Positions 27,269 through 40,857 of a DNA stretch of 64,000 nucleotides are shown in pieces. This DNA is from Octopus vulgaris (lineage: Eukaryota), in assembly GCA_951406725.2 (NCBI GenBank), contig OX597836.1, positions 21,390,001 through 21,454,000 on the forward strand. Direction: 5' to 3'. The notes beneath the pieces are model-generated. The model was not told the DNA's origin, did not search any database, and was given only the letters and a program-made list of their open reading frames with translations. The position numbers and the translations under genes were made by a program. Each line of letters starts with the position of its first letter. Positions within the stretch are counted from its first letter, which is position 1.

Positions 27269-27660
27269 ATCATCATCATCATCATCATCGTTTAGCGTCC
27301 GCTTTCCATGCTGGCATGGGTTGGACGGTGCAACTGGGGTCTGGGAAGCCAGAAGGCTGCACCAGGCTCAGTCAGATCTGGCAATGTTTCTACGGCTGGA
27401 TGCCCTTCCTAACGCCAACCACTCCATGAGTGTAGTGGGTGCTTTTTACGTGCCAGACTAGGTTGGCAAACGGCCACGGTCGGATGGTGCTTTTTACGTG
27501 CCACCGGCACGGAGTCCAGGCGAGGCTGGCAACGGCCACGATCGGATGGTGCTTTTTATGTGCCACCAGCACGGATGCCAGTCGGGGCGGCGCTGGCAGC
27601 GGCCACATTCGGATGGTTCTCTTATGTGCCACCGGCACTGGTATCACAGCTACAATTTCC
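27269..27660 (-). mobile_element. SINE-like family B with internal CACGTAAAAAGCACC units and (GAT)n tail
   Basis: Shared core GGAGTGGTTGGCGTTAGGAAGGGCATCCAGC...TCCAACCCATGC.AGCATGG. Copies at about 8110-8460(+), 14449-14675(-), 28461-28664(+), 38203-38481(+), 45433-45661(-), 47775-48103(+) and 63699-63980(-). Confidence 0.85.
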
Positions 27661-27794
27661 ATTCATGTTGATCGATTTTAATTTTTGATTTTTTGATTAA
27701 AGCATAACAAAGTAATTGCTACATGCTAAGAATATGTTTTTAAATTTCGTTTTCAATTTTCTTTTTTTTTTGTTTTTGTTTTGTTTTATTTCAG

Positions 27795-27998
27795 GAATGG
27801 GAAAGAATATATATGATTATTATAGTGATTCTATCAGTGATAATTTTATCGATTCAACTGAAGCCGAAACGGTTGAACAACTCTTTGACTTTCACCATGT
27901 CTCGAGTACTGATGTACAGTTGTTTAGCTATCTATGGCATCATCCCTGCAGCACACTGGATATACTTGAATGGAGGATGGGAGAATAAAGTTGTCCAG
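27795..27998 (+). CDS. PAQR3: PAQR3 coding exon 4
   Basis: Acceptor TTTCAG. EWERIYMIII...YGIIPAAHWIYLNGGWENKVVQ. Donor CAG|GTTTGT; 204 nt, phase 0-0. Confidence 0.95.
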
Positions 27999-28012
27999 GT
28001 TTGTTTGTTTGT

Positions 28013-28424
28013 TTACTCTCTTTTACTCTTTTACATGTTTCAGTCATGTGACTGTGGCCATGCTGGAGCACCGCCTTTAGTCGAACAAATCGACCCCAGG
28101 ACTTATTCTTTGTAAGCCTAGTACTTATTTTATCGGTCTCTTTTTTGCCGAACCGCTAAGTTACGGGGACGTAAACACACCAGCATCGGTTGTCAAGCGA
28201 TGTTAGGGGTACAAACACAGACACACAAACACGCACACACATATATATATATACATATATACGACGGGCTTCTTTCAGTTTCCGTCTACCAAATCCACTC
28301 ACAAGGCTTTGGTCGGCCCGAGGCTATAGTAGAAGACACTTACCCAAGGTGCCACGCAGTGGGACTGAACCCGGAACCATGTGGTTGGTAAGCAAGCTAC
28401 TTACCACACAGCCACTCCTACGCC
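28013..28424 (-). mobile_element. SINE family A, full-length minus copy 15 nt after PAQR3 exon 4
   Basis: Reverse complement of 50192-50594. Other minus copies at about 6993-7398, 35713-35922, 49608-50002 and 50805-51214. Confidence 0.9.
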
Positions 28425-29592
28425 TATTTGTTTGTTTGTTTATTTTTTTGTTTTCCATCATCCCGTGCTGGTGGCACATAAAAAAGCACCCACTACACTC
28501 ACGGAGTGGCTGGTGTTAGGAAGGGCATCCAGCTGCAGAAACTCTGCCAAATCAAGATTGGAGCCTGGTGCAGCCATCTGGTTCGCCAGTCCTCAGTCAA
28601 AATCGTCCAACCCATGCTAGCATGGAAAGCAGACATTAAACGATGATGATGATGATGATGATGATTGTCATGTTAACGTCTACTTTTTCATGCTTGCATG
28701 GTTCAGTTGGAACTTGTTGAGGCAGGTTTTCCACAGTTGGATGTCCATCTTGTCTTCAACATTCCCCTTGTTCCCAAGGAAGGTAATATTTCCCCATGGC
28801 CAGAAATGTTTTTCATAGAGCAATGGGAATGTGTCACATTGCCTGTATGATAGTGATGTTCCATTGTATGTTCTGGCATGTTTTCTATGGCTGGATGCCC
28901 TTCCTAATGCCAACCACTCCACAGAGTATACTGGGTGCTTTTTACATGGCACCAGCACTAGTATCAGTTCTGCTGTTGTGGATGGATGTATGACAGTTTA
29001 TACTGTGTTTCATCCTTATCTGGGCTGTTCATGACTGAGGAATCATGGACAGTTCAGTTATGAATGAAACTCAGAGTAGGCTGTCAGCATTATTATAATA
29101 AACACACACACACACACACAACAGGCTTCTTTCAGTTTCCATTTACCAAATCCACTCACAAGGCTTTGGTTGGCCCAAATCCATAGTAGAAGACACTTGT
29201 CCAAGGTCCCATGCAGTGGGACTGAACCTGGAACCATGTGGTTGGGAAACAAACTTTTTAATGCACTGTCACACCTACAGCTATATATATGACAGGCTTC
29301 TTTCAGTTTCCATCTATCAAATTCATTCACAAGGTTTTTGGTTTGCCCAGGAATATAGTCAAAAACACTTGCCTTAGGCAGGTGCCATGCTATGGGACTG
29401 AACCCAAGACCACATGGTTGGAAAGCAAGCTTCTCAACCACATGCTGTCAGTTATATCACCAGCAATACCTTCTTACTTGAAAAGTACCTAAGGGAAATA
29501 TTCATTATAATAAATATTGATTATTGCAGAGCCTTTTTCAGCTACTGCCAACTGCATATGGCTATGTAAACCTACTAATTCATTACCTCCTC

Positions 29593-30075
29593 TTAAGTTA
29601 AGTTAATTTTTTGGCTCAAAAAGCAAAAGCAAGGCCATGTAGGGGGACATGGAGTTATGTACAGGGAGGGTGTTCATGCAAAGTGTTCAGGCCATTTCTG
29701 GTAAGAGAGACTTTGAACCGAGCGGTCATCGGCATCTTCACTATCTTGTCCGGCAGCTTATTCCACGGATCCGCAACCCGGACGGAGAAAGCCCCTCTTC
29801 TTCAATTGAGATGAAATCATTGCAGATAGAGCTTTTTGGAGTGACCCCGCAGCCGACACTCTGGAGCAGGAGTGAAGAACATCTCTTTCGAAAGGTTACA
29901 CTTTCCGCTTATGATGTTGTGAGCGAGAATGAGATCAGCACGGCGGTGGCGTTTTTCGAGAGAATAAAGGTCGAGCGTCTTCAGCCTTTCTTCATAAGAC
30001 AAATGCTTGAGACTAAGAACCATGCGGGTGGCCAGCTTCTGGACTCTTTCGAGATGATGTATGTCTTTGAGGAGA
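29593..30075 (-). mobile_element. CR1-group LINE ORF2 C-terminus and 3' tail
   Basis: LSYEERLKTLDLYSLEKR..RADLI...RLRGHSKKL...FSVRVADPWNKLP; (TTAAC)n tail. A short tail copy lies at about 18415-18476. Confidence 0.88.
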
Positions 30076-30141
30076 TAAGGAGAAGAGGCTTGAATCCCTA
30101 ACTGCTTGTCAAGTTTACCCTTCTACTTAAATTGTAGTTAT

Positions 30142-30195
<54 letters not shown>

Positions 30196-30482
30196 GCATG
30201 TGTCACATGTTTGGTGTACATCGACAGCATAATTTTTATCATCTTCACCACACAGCTACCAGATGCTCTATCAACTTTAACTTCTTATGTTAACCCTCTC
30301 TCTCTTTCTCTGTATCTTTCTTTCACCCTCTCCCCCCTACTCTCTATATGATGTAAAACATGATAGCTTACCAACCAACCAACCAACCAACCAACCAACT
30401 ACCATTTATATCAGCTATTATTATATAGTTTCAGAGTTTAACAACATTATTTTTCTGTTTTCTTTTTTCTTCTTTTCTCCAG

Positions 30483-30573
30483 GTGTTTGTCCCTAAAATA
30501 GTTGTCATGTATTTAATTGGTGTCGGTGCAGTCTTCTTCTATTTGTCTCAGGTACCAGAAAGATTAGCTCCAG
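30483..30573 (+). CDS. PAQR3: PAQR3 coding exon 5
   Basis: Acceptor TCTCCAG. VFVPKIVVMYLIGVGAVFFYLSQVPERLAP(G), containing the PAQR PER-x2-PG motif. Donor CAG|GTAAGA; 91 nt, phase 0-1. Confidence 0.96.
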
Positions 30574-32149
30574 GTAAGAGTCTCATGCAAATAATCTATA
30601 TTTTTGTCTTTCTTGCCTTTTTCTGTTTTTTTTTTTTTATATTTCTCGTCTATTTCATAAATGGACAACAAGCATTCTGTCATTTATCATTCATCACTCA
30701 CCATTCAATGTCACAGCTGTGATGGATGTACAATTGGAAACATCATTAGTCAAATGTGTTGAGTCTAGGGGTACAATGTACTATACTGCTTTATACTCTG
30801 AGCAAATCTTGCTCAGGTGAACTTTATCTCTCATCCTTCTGGGTTGCATAAAATAAAGTACTAGCTAAGTACTGGAGTCTGTGGTATTAACTATTGCCCT
30901 CCCACCAAATTTTAATCATAATGATTATAAAAATATTGGTTTCAAGGCCAGCAATTTTGAGGGGAATTGTAAATCGACTCCAGTGCTCAACTTTTACTTA
31001 GTCTATTGATCCCAAAAGGATGAAAGGCAAAGTCAGCCTTAGAGGAATTGAAACTCGGAACGTAAAGAGGGACAAAATGTCACTAAGCATTTTGCCCAGC
31101 ATGCTAATGACTCTGTCAGCTTGCTACCTTAATAATAATAATAATAATAATAATAATTATTATTATTATTGTTGTTGTTGTTGTTGTTATTAGAAACAGG
31201 GCAAATTGGCAGAATTGTTAGGGCATTGGCCAATGCAGTATTTGGTCCAGTTCTTTGTTTTGAATTCAAATCCTGCCAAGGTGAACTTTGCCTTTCATCC
31301 TTTCAAGGCTAGTAAAAAGAAATTTCCGGTTAAAGTGCTTAGTGGAATTTTTTCTAGTTCCTTTATGTCCTGAGTTCAAATACTGCTAAGGTTGACTTTG
31401 CCTTTCATCCTTTCAGGGCTGATAAAATAAGTACCAGTTGAGCACTGGGGTCAATGTAATTGACTTGACCTCTTGCATGGAATTGCTGGTCTTGTGCCAA
31501 AATTTGAAACCATAATATTAATCTTTTAACTCAAGGTTTGTTGGAACTCCTGGAGTCTTGCATGCCTAGCGGACTTGCTGCCAGCAGCTTACAGTGCCAT
31601 ACTTAGCAGCATTTCATCTGTCTTTAAGTTCAAGTTCCGCTGAGATAGACTTTGCCTTTCATTTTTTTTAGGGTTTATGAAATAAGTATCAGTTAAACAC
31701 TGGGGACAATATAATCGACTTACTACCTCCCAGAAATTGCTAGTCTTGTGTCAAAATTAGAAACCATTATTATTATTCTATGTTTGACTTTTGCTTTATA
31801 TTTGTACAAGTTGGCTCCAAGTCTCACCCAGAGACCTCAAGAGACGACAGGTTGGAAGTTCATGTTGTTGTTATGCCTAGTGTGCCATATATTTGGTTTT
31901 GTATTTAGTGTTGTACTAGTGAATGTCAAAAGAAAAACATACGAAAATTATGTTTGTTTTAAACCCTGAGATTACATAGAAAGGATTTTGCATAGGATGT
32001 GAGCAGTTTCCATGAGCACTATCTTTTGAATTTCTGCCATTTTTGGGTTTCCTGGTATCTGAGTTAGGTAGCAATCAGCCCCTTTTGCTATCATTCAACA
32101 GGTATTGTTTTAGTCTTCATGTTCCACATTCTGCACATTTCACATTCCA

Positions 32150-32210
<61 letters not shown>

Positions 32211-32231
32211 TCTTTTTTCTCTCCCATTCAG

Positions 32232-32371
32232 GAATTTTTGACATCGTCGGAGCCAGTCACCAAATTTGGCACATCTTTATCTTCTCATCTCTTGTGTGGT
32301 GGCGCAAATCTTACATGGAACTCTTAGACTATCGCATGCAGTACCCTTGTGTCCACAAAGCATCCACATAA
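32232..32371 (+). CDS. PAQR3: PAQR3 coding exon 6 (terminal)
   Basis: Acceptor CCCATTCAG. (G)IFDIVGASHQIWHIFIFSSLVWW...HKAST, stop TAA 32369-32371; contains the HxxxH zinc-ligand motif. Six exons total 1071 nt = 356 aa + stop. Confidence 0.96.
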
Positions 32372-33169
32372 CATCCAACAGATCTTTTTAGGTTTTGCAA
32401 AAAAAAAATTCTTTTGAAAAATTCCATTTCTTAATTAGCATCTCTAATTAGATTTTCGTGTCTTTCAAATTTCACCTCCTCCTACCACAATTTTTACAAC
32501 CACCTTCCACCACAATTTTACCTCTTCCTCTTCCTCCTCCTCCTCCTCCTCCTCCGCCTCCTCCTCTTCTTCTTCTTCTTTCTTCTTCTTCTTCTTCTTC
32601 TTCTTCCTCCTCCTCGTCTGACAGAATTAGATAATTGGGCACAGCAGTTTGGATGTTGGTGATTCAGCATGGTTGGCTGAACATTGAACCCATTTTGGTG
32701 ACTACTTTTTGGCACTGGAGGGATACACACATGCACAGAGAGAGAGAGAGAGATTACACATACATAACTTCATACTCACATACAGAAACAGCAAGACAAA
32801 GAGAGAGTGGGGGGCGAGTAGAAGAGAGAGTGAGAACAAAAAATGCATTAAAACTTCTGATGTCAAACAAATCTGCATTGAATCAGTGACATCAACTAAG
32901 TAGCACCGAAACAGCTGTATCCTCTTCTGATTCTCCTTTCTTCTTCTTCTCCCAGAATTCCATTGCCTCCTTTCTCCCAGGCCAGCACAACTGTCATTCT
33001 TACGATAACAAGAGTTGTTATTACAAAGACTAAATATGACAGCTTTCAATATTCTAGTCCATTATTTTTTTTCTTTTTGTAATGAAAATTGATTTATTTC
33101 CCATTTTTAACAAACAATACCATTATGCAACAACGAATGTCAAACGAGTAATATTGTTGGATATGCAAG

Positions 33170-33582
33170 TGCATATATATGTGTATGTGTGTGTGTGTGT
33201 ATATATATATGTATGTATGTATGTATGTGTGTGTGTATATATATGTATGTATGTGTTTGTGTGTATAAATATATGTATGTATGTATGTGTATTTGTGTGT
33301 ATATATATATGTATGTATGTGTGTGTATATATATATATGTATGTATGTGTGTGTGTATATATATGTATGTATGTGTTTGTGTGTATAAATATATGTATGT
33401 ATATGTGTGTGTGTATAAATATATGTATGTATGTGTGTGTATAAATATATGTTTGTATGTGTGTGTGTGTAAAATATATGTACGTGTGTGTGTGTGTATA
33501 TATATATGTATGTATGTGTATTTGTGTATATATATATATATGTATGTATGTATGTGTGTGTATATATATGTATGTATGTGTG

Positions 33583-33613
<31 letters not shown>

Positions 33614-33696
33614 GTGTGTATATATATGTATGTGTGTGTATATATATATATGTGTGTGTGTGTATGTATATATATATGTGTGTATGTATGTATGTA

Positions 33697-33744
<48 letters not shown>

Positions 33745-33821
33745 TTAGTATTATATATGTTATATATAGTGGTTTCATCTCTAATTTATAGTTTATATAT
33801 ATATATATATGTATGTATGTG

Positions 33822-33854
<33 letters not shown>

Positions 33855-34640
33855 GTATATATATATATGTATGTATGTGTATATATATATATGTGTATGT
33901 GTATATATATATATGTATGTATGTGTATATATATATATGTATGTATGTGTGTATATATATATATGTATGTATGTGTGTATATATATGTATGTATGTGTGT
34001 ATATATATGTATGTATGTGTGTATGTATATGTATGTCTATGTATGTGTGTATGTATATGTATGTCTGTATTTATGTGTATATGTATTTGTATATGTGTGT
34101 GTATATGTATATATGTATTTATATATGTGTGTGTATATATATATGTATCTATGTATGAATGTATGTATATATACCTCTGTCTGTCTATCTGTATACACAT
34201 ACATATATATACGTCTGTCTGTCTGTATACACATATATATATATGTATGTCTGTATGCATGTATGTATGTACCCCGCCACACACATAGACATATGTACAT
34301 GGATATACATGCGAAAACACATAAATTTGTATATGAATATTCTATATATAAGCCTGTACAAATTGATAATTATATACGCTTATAAATAGATATTTATATA
34401 AATATGTACGTATGTTTATGTATGTTTATATAAGTACCATGATTACATATATATATATATGTATGTATATTTGTGTATATGTATGTTCGTAGTTATATAA
34501 GTACCATATATTACATATGTATATATATACATGTGTGTGTGTGTGTGTGAGACTGCAAGCTTGTAAATATATTTATATGCATGTATATTCACATATATGC
34601 ATATGTACATCTGCACATGCACACACACACACACACATCT
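33170..34640. repeat. (TA)/(TG)/(TATG) microsatellite mosaic
   Basis: Direct inspection. Confidence 0.95.
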
Positions 34641-37206
34641 CAAAGGTTTTTTCAGTGTAACACTTTGTTTTCATAACTAGAAAAAGCTTTGGAGTCTAGA
34701 AAGAGGAGGGCCTCTACACGGCTACTGAATCTGCTAGAAACAGCAGTCAGATTTCACTCAAATCACACCTTGCCATCTTTGAAAAACAAAAGAAAAGGAA
34801 AAAATGGATCAATGCATTGGACAATGTAAGTCTGTGATACATGGAAAAACAAAAGATGGGATGGTCATGGTTGGAATCCCTTTGATCATAGGTCTGCCTA
34901 TTCAAAGCTGACTTGTGCTTAAAGAACAATGACAGTGACTTGGATGAAACATGGATTCCTTTTATCAAAAATGTGTTTAGAATGGAGTTTCTTTACTTGA
35001 GATTCTGATTGATTATAAAAAAGGCGAAAAAGAAAAAAGAAAAAGAAAAAGAAAAAAGATATTGTTGCATCTTGGTAAAGTCATTTTGACTGTTAAGAGC
35101 ACATGCACTATTAATATTTACACATTTGAAGGCAGCAAGCTGGCAGAATCGTTAGCACAGCAGGTGTAATACTTAGCAACATTTTGTCTGTCTTTATGTT
35201 TTTTGAGTTCGAATTCTGCCGAGGTTGACTTTGCCATTCATCCTTTTGGGGGTGGATAAAATAAGTCCCAGTTGAAAACTGGGTCAATGTAATCGACTCA
35301 CCCCCTCTCCTGAAATTGCTGGCCTTGTGCCAAAGTTTGAAACCAGTATTTACCCATTTATTTAAAAAAAAAAGTTTATTGTTGGTTAATGGCATAAAAT
35401 TTCCTTTGTCCTTCATCTGTTGACCAAAACCCTGATCACTCTGCTGCACTTTCTGTTTACATTCTATATTCCTAGTCTGTTGTTCTTGTATACAGAAAAG
35501 CCTCAACAGAGTATTCTGGAATTTAGAGTTTAAGATCCTGGGACCAACTATTAATTTTACCCGTCTGTGTCTTTGTTTTAATATTCTGCAGTATTTTTTG
35601 GGGGTTGGTAAGTTCTCTGATCCTCTTGTGCCTATAGCTATTAATCCCACTCCATACACACACACACACACACACACGCATGTATACACACACATACACA
35701 CACATGTATGTATACTCTTTTACTCTTTTACTTGTTTCAGTTATTTGACTGCAGCCATGCTGGAGCACCACCTTTAGTCGAGCAAATCGACCCCGGGACT
35801 TATTCTTTGTAAGCCCAGTACTTATTCTATCGGTCTCTTTTGCTGAACCACTAAGTGATGGGGACGTAAACACACCAGCATCGGTTGTCAAGCAATGCTA
35901 GAGGGACAAACACAGACACACAAATGCGTTGTTGTGTTTTTTTGTGCTTTCTTGTTTGGATTAACTATATATATGTATATATATATATATATGTGTGTGT
36001 GTAAGTATAAATGTTATGTAATGTATGTATATATATATATGATATGTAACATATGCTGTGTGATATCTATAAAAGAAAGAAAACTGATATCACCAACTGA
36101 TAGGATACACGGTAACCAAGCAAACTGTGTCAGAGGTTTATGTTGTATCCCTTTTTTGGGCCCCATGTGGCAGACTCTTGCTTCTGAAATAGCTTAGTCC
36201 AGTCCACTTAGCTGATAATAGACCCCATCACAGGTTAGGAACAGCTTGCAACTGCAGGCAGCAGCAGGTAGGCAGACAGGCAGCACTGAATTCAAGTACT
36301 CCAACCTGTGGGCCTGCAGAGACTTCCTGCCCTCTGCCCCAACCCTCTAATATACAACCTCAAACCAAAGTCTTTCTGTCTCTTGCCATTTCAAAGCAAA
36401 TTCTGAAGTTGTGAATATTGACTGTGACTGATAGGTAGATGGATGGCAGCAAGGATGAATGGATGGGACGAGGGCTGGGTGGGTGAATGGATTGATGGAT
36501 GGGTGAATGAATGATGGGTGGATTGATGGATAGCTGAATGGATGGATGGATGGACGGATAAATAAGTTGCTTATACAATAACATATCATTCCATATTAAA
36601 TGTTCTTATGGTACAGTGTTCCTCACCACCACCACCACCGCCGCCGCCACCACAGCAGCTTCCTCCTCCTCCCCCCACCTTTTCACCTGGTAGATAATCT
36701 TTTAACTTCAACCATTATTTTTTTATATTGGTCTACCTCCGCCGGGGCTGACTGCATGGGTCTCTACTCAGATGAAAAAAGCTGGCAAAGGGGTGAATAC
36801 CACTAGGCATTATTGACAACAACAACATTATTGCAGAAATTTAAGAGATGCTTCTCTAAAAAACACACAATAAGAATATTTATTTAGGGTTTTGTTATTA
36901 TTTTATGTATTTACTTACTATTTTTTTTTTTATTTGAGTGAGATAATTTTTTTTTGAATGCTATATACTATCCTTGGTATATATAACTTCCAATATATCC
37001 TGCCAAATAGACAAAGATTACATTGTATGTATTTTCCTTCCTCTCTGTTGGACAATACAAGCACTTACACACACACATGTACACACACAACGGAAACTTC
37101 CGCTTACCAAATTCAATCACACAGCTTATGGGATATATATGTTTATATATATATATAACATATACATAGCATATATATGTGTATGCTATACACATGCACC
37201 CCCTCC

Positions 37207-37266
<60 letters not shown>

Positions 37267-37532
37267 TGGCTGCCCCCTCGTTATCGAGTATGGCCATTGC
37301 ACGAAGCTTAATCAATGTTATCGTGCAATGCCTGTGCAAGAAGATTTTTTTTAAGTGAGGAAAGGCTGTGCACTGAGTCAATCCCACTCACTAAGCAAGC
37401 AACAGCAGCCATAATCCGAAAAGAAGAACAAGTCAACATCATCGGTAACCACTGAGCCGCAGGTTTTATGTCGGAGTTATCCCAGTTACATACATACATA
37501 CATACATACATGTGTGTGCTTGTCTGTGTGTT

Positions 37533-37579
<47 letters not shown>

Positions 37580-37901
37580 GTATACACACACATACATGTG
37601 TGTATTCATGTGTGTGTTTATATATATCTGTGCGTGTGTGCTATAAATGTATATATACAATATATGCTATATAGGTATGAATATGTATGCTTTATTTCAT
37701 TTGTGTATAAATTCCCACGATGCATTGGAAATATTTGGTGCTGAACAAAACATTCACTAAATTCTTGATATTTTCTCAGTTCATGATTTATTTTAAATGT
37801 ATTCTGTTGCTATGCCTGTCAAATATTAGGCGGGGGTCAATATAGCCGATTTAGCCCCTCACACCAAATCTGCTGGTCTCATGCCAAAATTCGAAACCAT
37901 T

Positions 37902-37945
<44 letters not shown>

Positions 37946-38697
37946 GGCGGTGAGCTGACAGAATTGTTAGCATGCCGGGCAAAATGCTTAGCAGCATTTC
38001 ATCCATCCTTGCATTTTGAGTTCAAATCCCACCAGGGTCAACTTTGCTTTTCATCCTTTCAGGGTTAATAAATTAAGTACCAGTAAAACACTGGGGTCTA
38101 TGTACTATGTAATCAACTAGCCTTCTCCCCTGAAATTTCAAGCCTTGTGCCTTTAGTAGAAAAAATTATTATTGCTACTATTATCATTATTATTATTATT
38201 ATTACGTGGCCGTTGCCAGCGCCGCCCCGACTGGCTTCCATGCCGGTGGCACGTAAAAAGCACCATCCGATTGTGGCCGTTTGCCAGCCTCGTCTGGCAC
38301 CTGTGCTGGTGGCACGTAAAAAGCACCCACTACACTCATGGAGTGGTTGGCGTTAGGAAGTGCATCCAGCCGTAGAAACATTGCCAGATCAGACTGGAGC
38401 CTGGTGCAGCCTTCTGGCTTCCCAGACCCCAGTTGCACCGTCCAACCCATGCCAGCATGGAAAGCGGACGCTAAACGATGATATTATTATTATTATTATT
38501 ATTATAATACTTAGCATACTGGATGAAATACTCGGCAGCATTTCATCTGTATGTTCTGAGTTCAAACTTGCCAAGGCTGACTTTGCTTTTCACCCTTTCA
38601 GGGGTTGGTAAAATAAGTTCCAGTTGAGCAGTGGGGTCAATGTAATCGACTTACCCCACCACACAAAATTTCAGGCTTTGTGCCTATATTAGAGAGA

Positions 38698-38735
<38 letters not shown>

Positions 38736-39811
38736 TAATATTAAGTAATTTCATCAAGGACAGTGAGATGATAGAAATTTGTTACTCTCTTTTCTGAATT
38801 CAAACTTCCCTGAGATTCCACTAGAATAAATACCAGTTATACACTGGGGGTTTATTTTATTGACTTTTTCTAGTGTTTTTGTGTCCAGTTTAACCTCACC
38901 TCCAAAAAGAAAAAAACAAAGTGGGGGATTAAAAAAATCCCTATTGTTATTATTTATTATGAAATCATTATAGACTCAAAAGATTTGTGCTGGGTTTACA
39001 ATGGAATCAAGTCCCAATTTCCCGTTTTATTCATATCAAACCCTTTAACAATACACGAGAAAGACTTGAGTGTTACACCATCCCGTTTAAAAAACTGGTT
39101 TCAATTTCACTTTATTGGGGTTTTTTTGTAGTATCTGTACCTCAAACTCTTTACAACACTTAAGAAAAGCATAAGTATCACAACTTCCTATTTGACACTT
39201 CCATTATAAATTAAAAACTTAGAAACTTTGATCACCATGTAAGAAAATGGTCCTTTGTTTTTGGTCTGTTTGTGACAAGAACTTGGAGCAGAGACCCAGC
39301 TCTTGAAGAGCTAAGTTTCCTGTGATCCCTGTTTGTTTTTTTTAAAAGTCAACCCCTGTTTATGACCCTGTCATTTCTTTCACTTACACAGTGTAATGGT
39401 TTTGAAAAAAAAAAGAAAAAAAAAGAAGAAAAACACCCCAAAACCACCACCACCACCACCATCACCATAAATAACAATAACAACAAAGGCACAAACTTTA
39501 CAATATGTTTCTCATGATAATCATCATCATTGTTTACACATCCACTTTTCCATGTTTGCATTGCGTTGGATGGAATCTGTTGAGGCAGACTTCCTACGAC
39601 CAGATGCCCTTCCTATCATCAACCCTCACCTGTTTCCAAGCAAGCCTAATAAATATTTCCTCATGGCCAGACATCATCTGATTGACACTGACACTCACAT
39701 GATGTCAAGACAAGCATGCATAAATGCACACACCCATGCATGCATACACACACATTCGCACGCATACACACACATGCGCATGCATATACACATCTGTATG
39801 TATATACTTAC

Positions 39812-39855
<44 letters not shown>

Positions 39856-40625
39856 CTTGCTCGCTTAGCCAGTGGGGTGGCATCATTTGAAGGCTAAAGC
39901 AATGCGAATGCATTGTGACCAGCGATGTGTAGCGACATCTGATGGTCTGGTCAGTCACGTGATCACGTGATATATATATATATATATACATATACATACA
40001 CACAGTTAAGTATATGTCCAATCATAGAGTGATCAATGGTTTCGCATCCATAAAGTGCATAGCTCCATGGTCTTGTCAGGCTCTAATGGCAAAGGATGTA
40101 CCCTTCACCATTAGAGTCTAATGAGTTGTCCATAGAGCTATGTGCTTTATAGATGCAAAACCATTGGTGACTATGACCAGACATATAATTAACTGCATGT
40201 AAATACATTACTACTCTTTGCTTTAGAGTGTTCTTTTTTTCAGATATATGATACACTGAAGATACACACACACACAGTGGCTTTCAGTTTCTGCTGCCTA
40301 AATTCACTTGCAAGGCTTTGGTTGGCCTTGGGCTATAGTGAGAGACACTTGCTCAAGGTATCATGCAGGAAGACCGAATCTGAAGCCATGTGGTTGGGAA
40401 GCAAAGTTGTTAACCACACGGCCATTCATGCATCCCTTAAGTAAATCCAGAGCAGCCGTTATGTACCTCTGTCTGAAAACAATACCATTCCACTTTAACT
40501 CCTTAAGCATGTCGTAGAATGCAGGCAGGGCCTCTGAGAGAGAAATCTTGCAAGGGAAGGACACATGTTTATCAGGCTCCTTGGGAAAGAGAAAAGTATC
40601 AGGGCTGGACGCTATCCTACTAAAA

Positions 40626-40857
40626 GGCGGCGAGCTGGCAGAAACATTATCATGCCGGGCGAAATGCGTAGCCGTATTCCATCTGCCGTTACGTTCTGAG
40701 TTCAAATTCCGCCGAGGTTGACTTTGCCTTTCATCCTTTCAGGGTCGATAAATTAAGTACGAGTTACGCACTTGGGTCGATATAATCGACTTAATCCATT
40801 TGTCTGTCCTTGTTTGTCCTCTCTGTGTTTGGCCCCTGTAGGTAGTAAGGAAATAGG
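40626..40857 (+). mobile_element. SINE family C with 13-bp TSD
   Basis: GGCGGCGAGCTGGCAGAA...GAGTTCAAATTCC (B-box); TATCCTACTAAAA duplicated at 40613-40625 and 40858-40870. Older copies at about 9230-9440, 20532-20700, 31200-31770, 35130-35350, 37945-38165 and 38510-38700. Confidence 0.9.

Noticed and set aside
29605-29640. T-tract plus AAAAAGCAAAA resembling a MALAT1-type triple helix (also near 18430)
   Set aside because: It is the reverse complement of a CR1-group LINE 3' UTR, with no second U-rich motif or tRNA-like element.
36194-36346. Minus-strand 50-codon open frame containing SVLPVCLP (serine-protease-like)
   Set aside because: No other protease motifs, no good acceptor tract and no partner exons.
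36781-36803. Resemblance of CTGGCAAAGGGGTGAATACCA to U1 snRNA stem-loop I
   Set aside because: No ATACTTAC 5' end, no GATCACGAAG loop and no Sm site.
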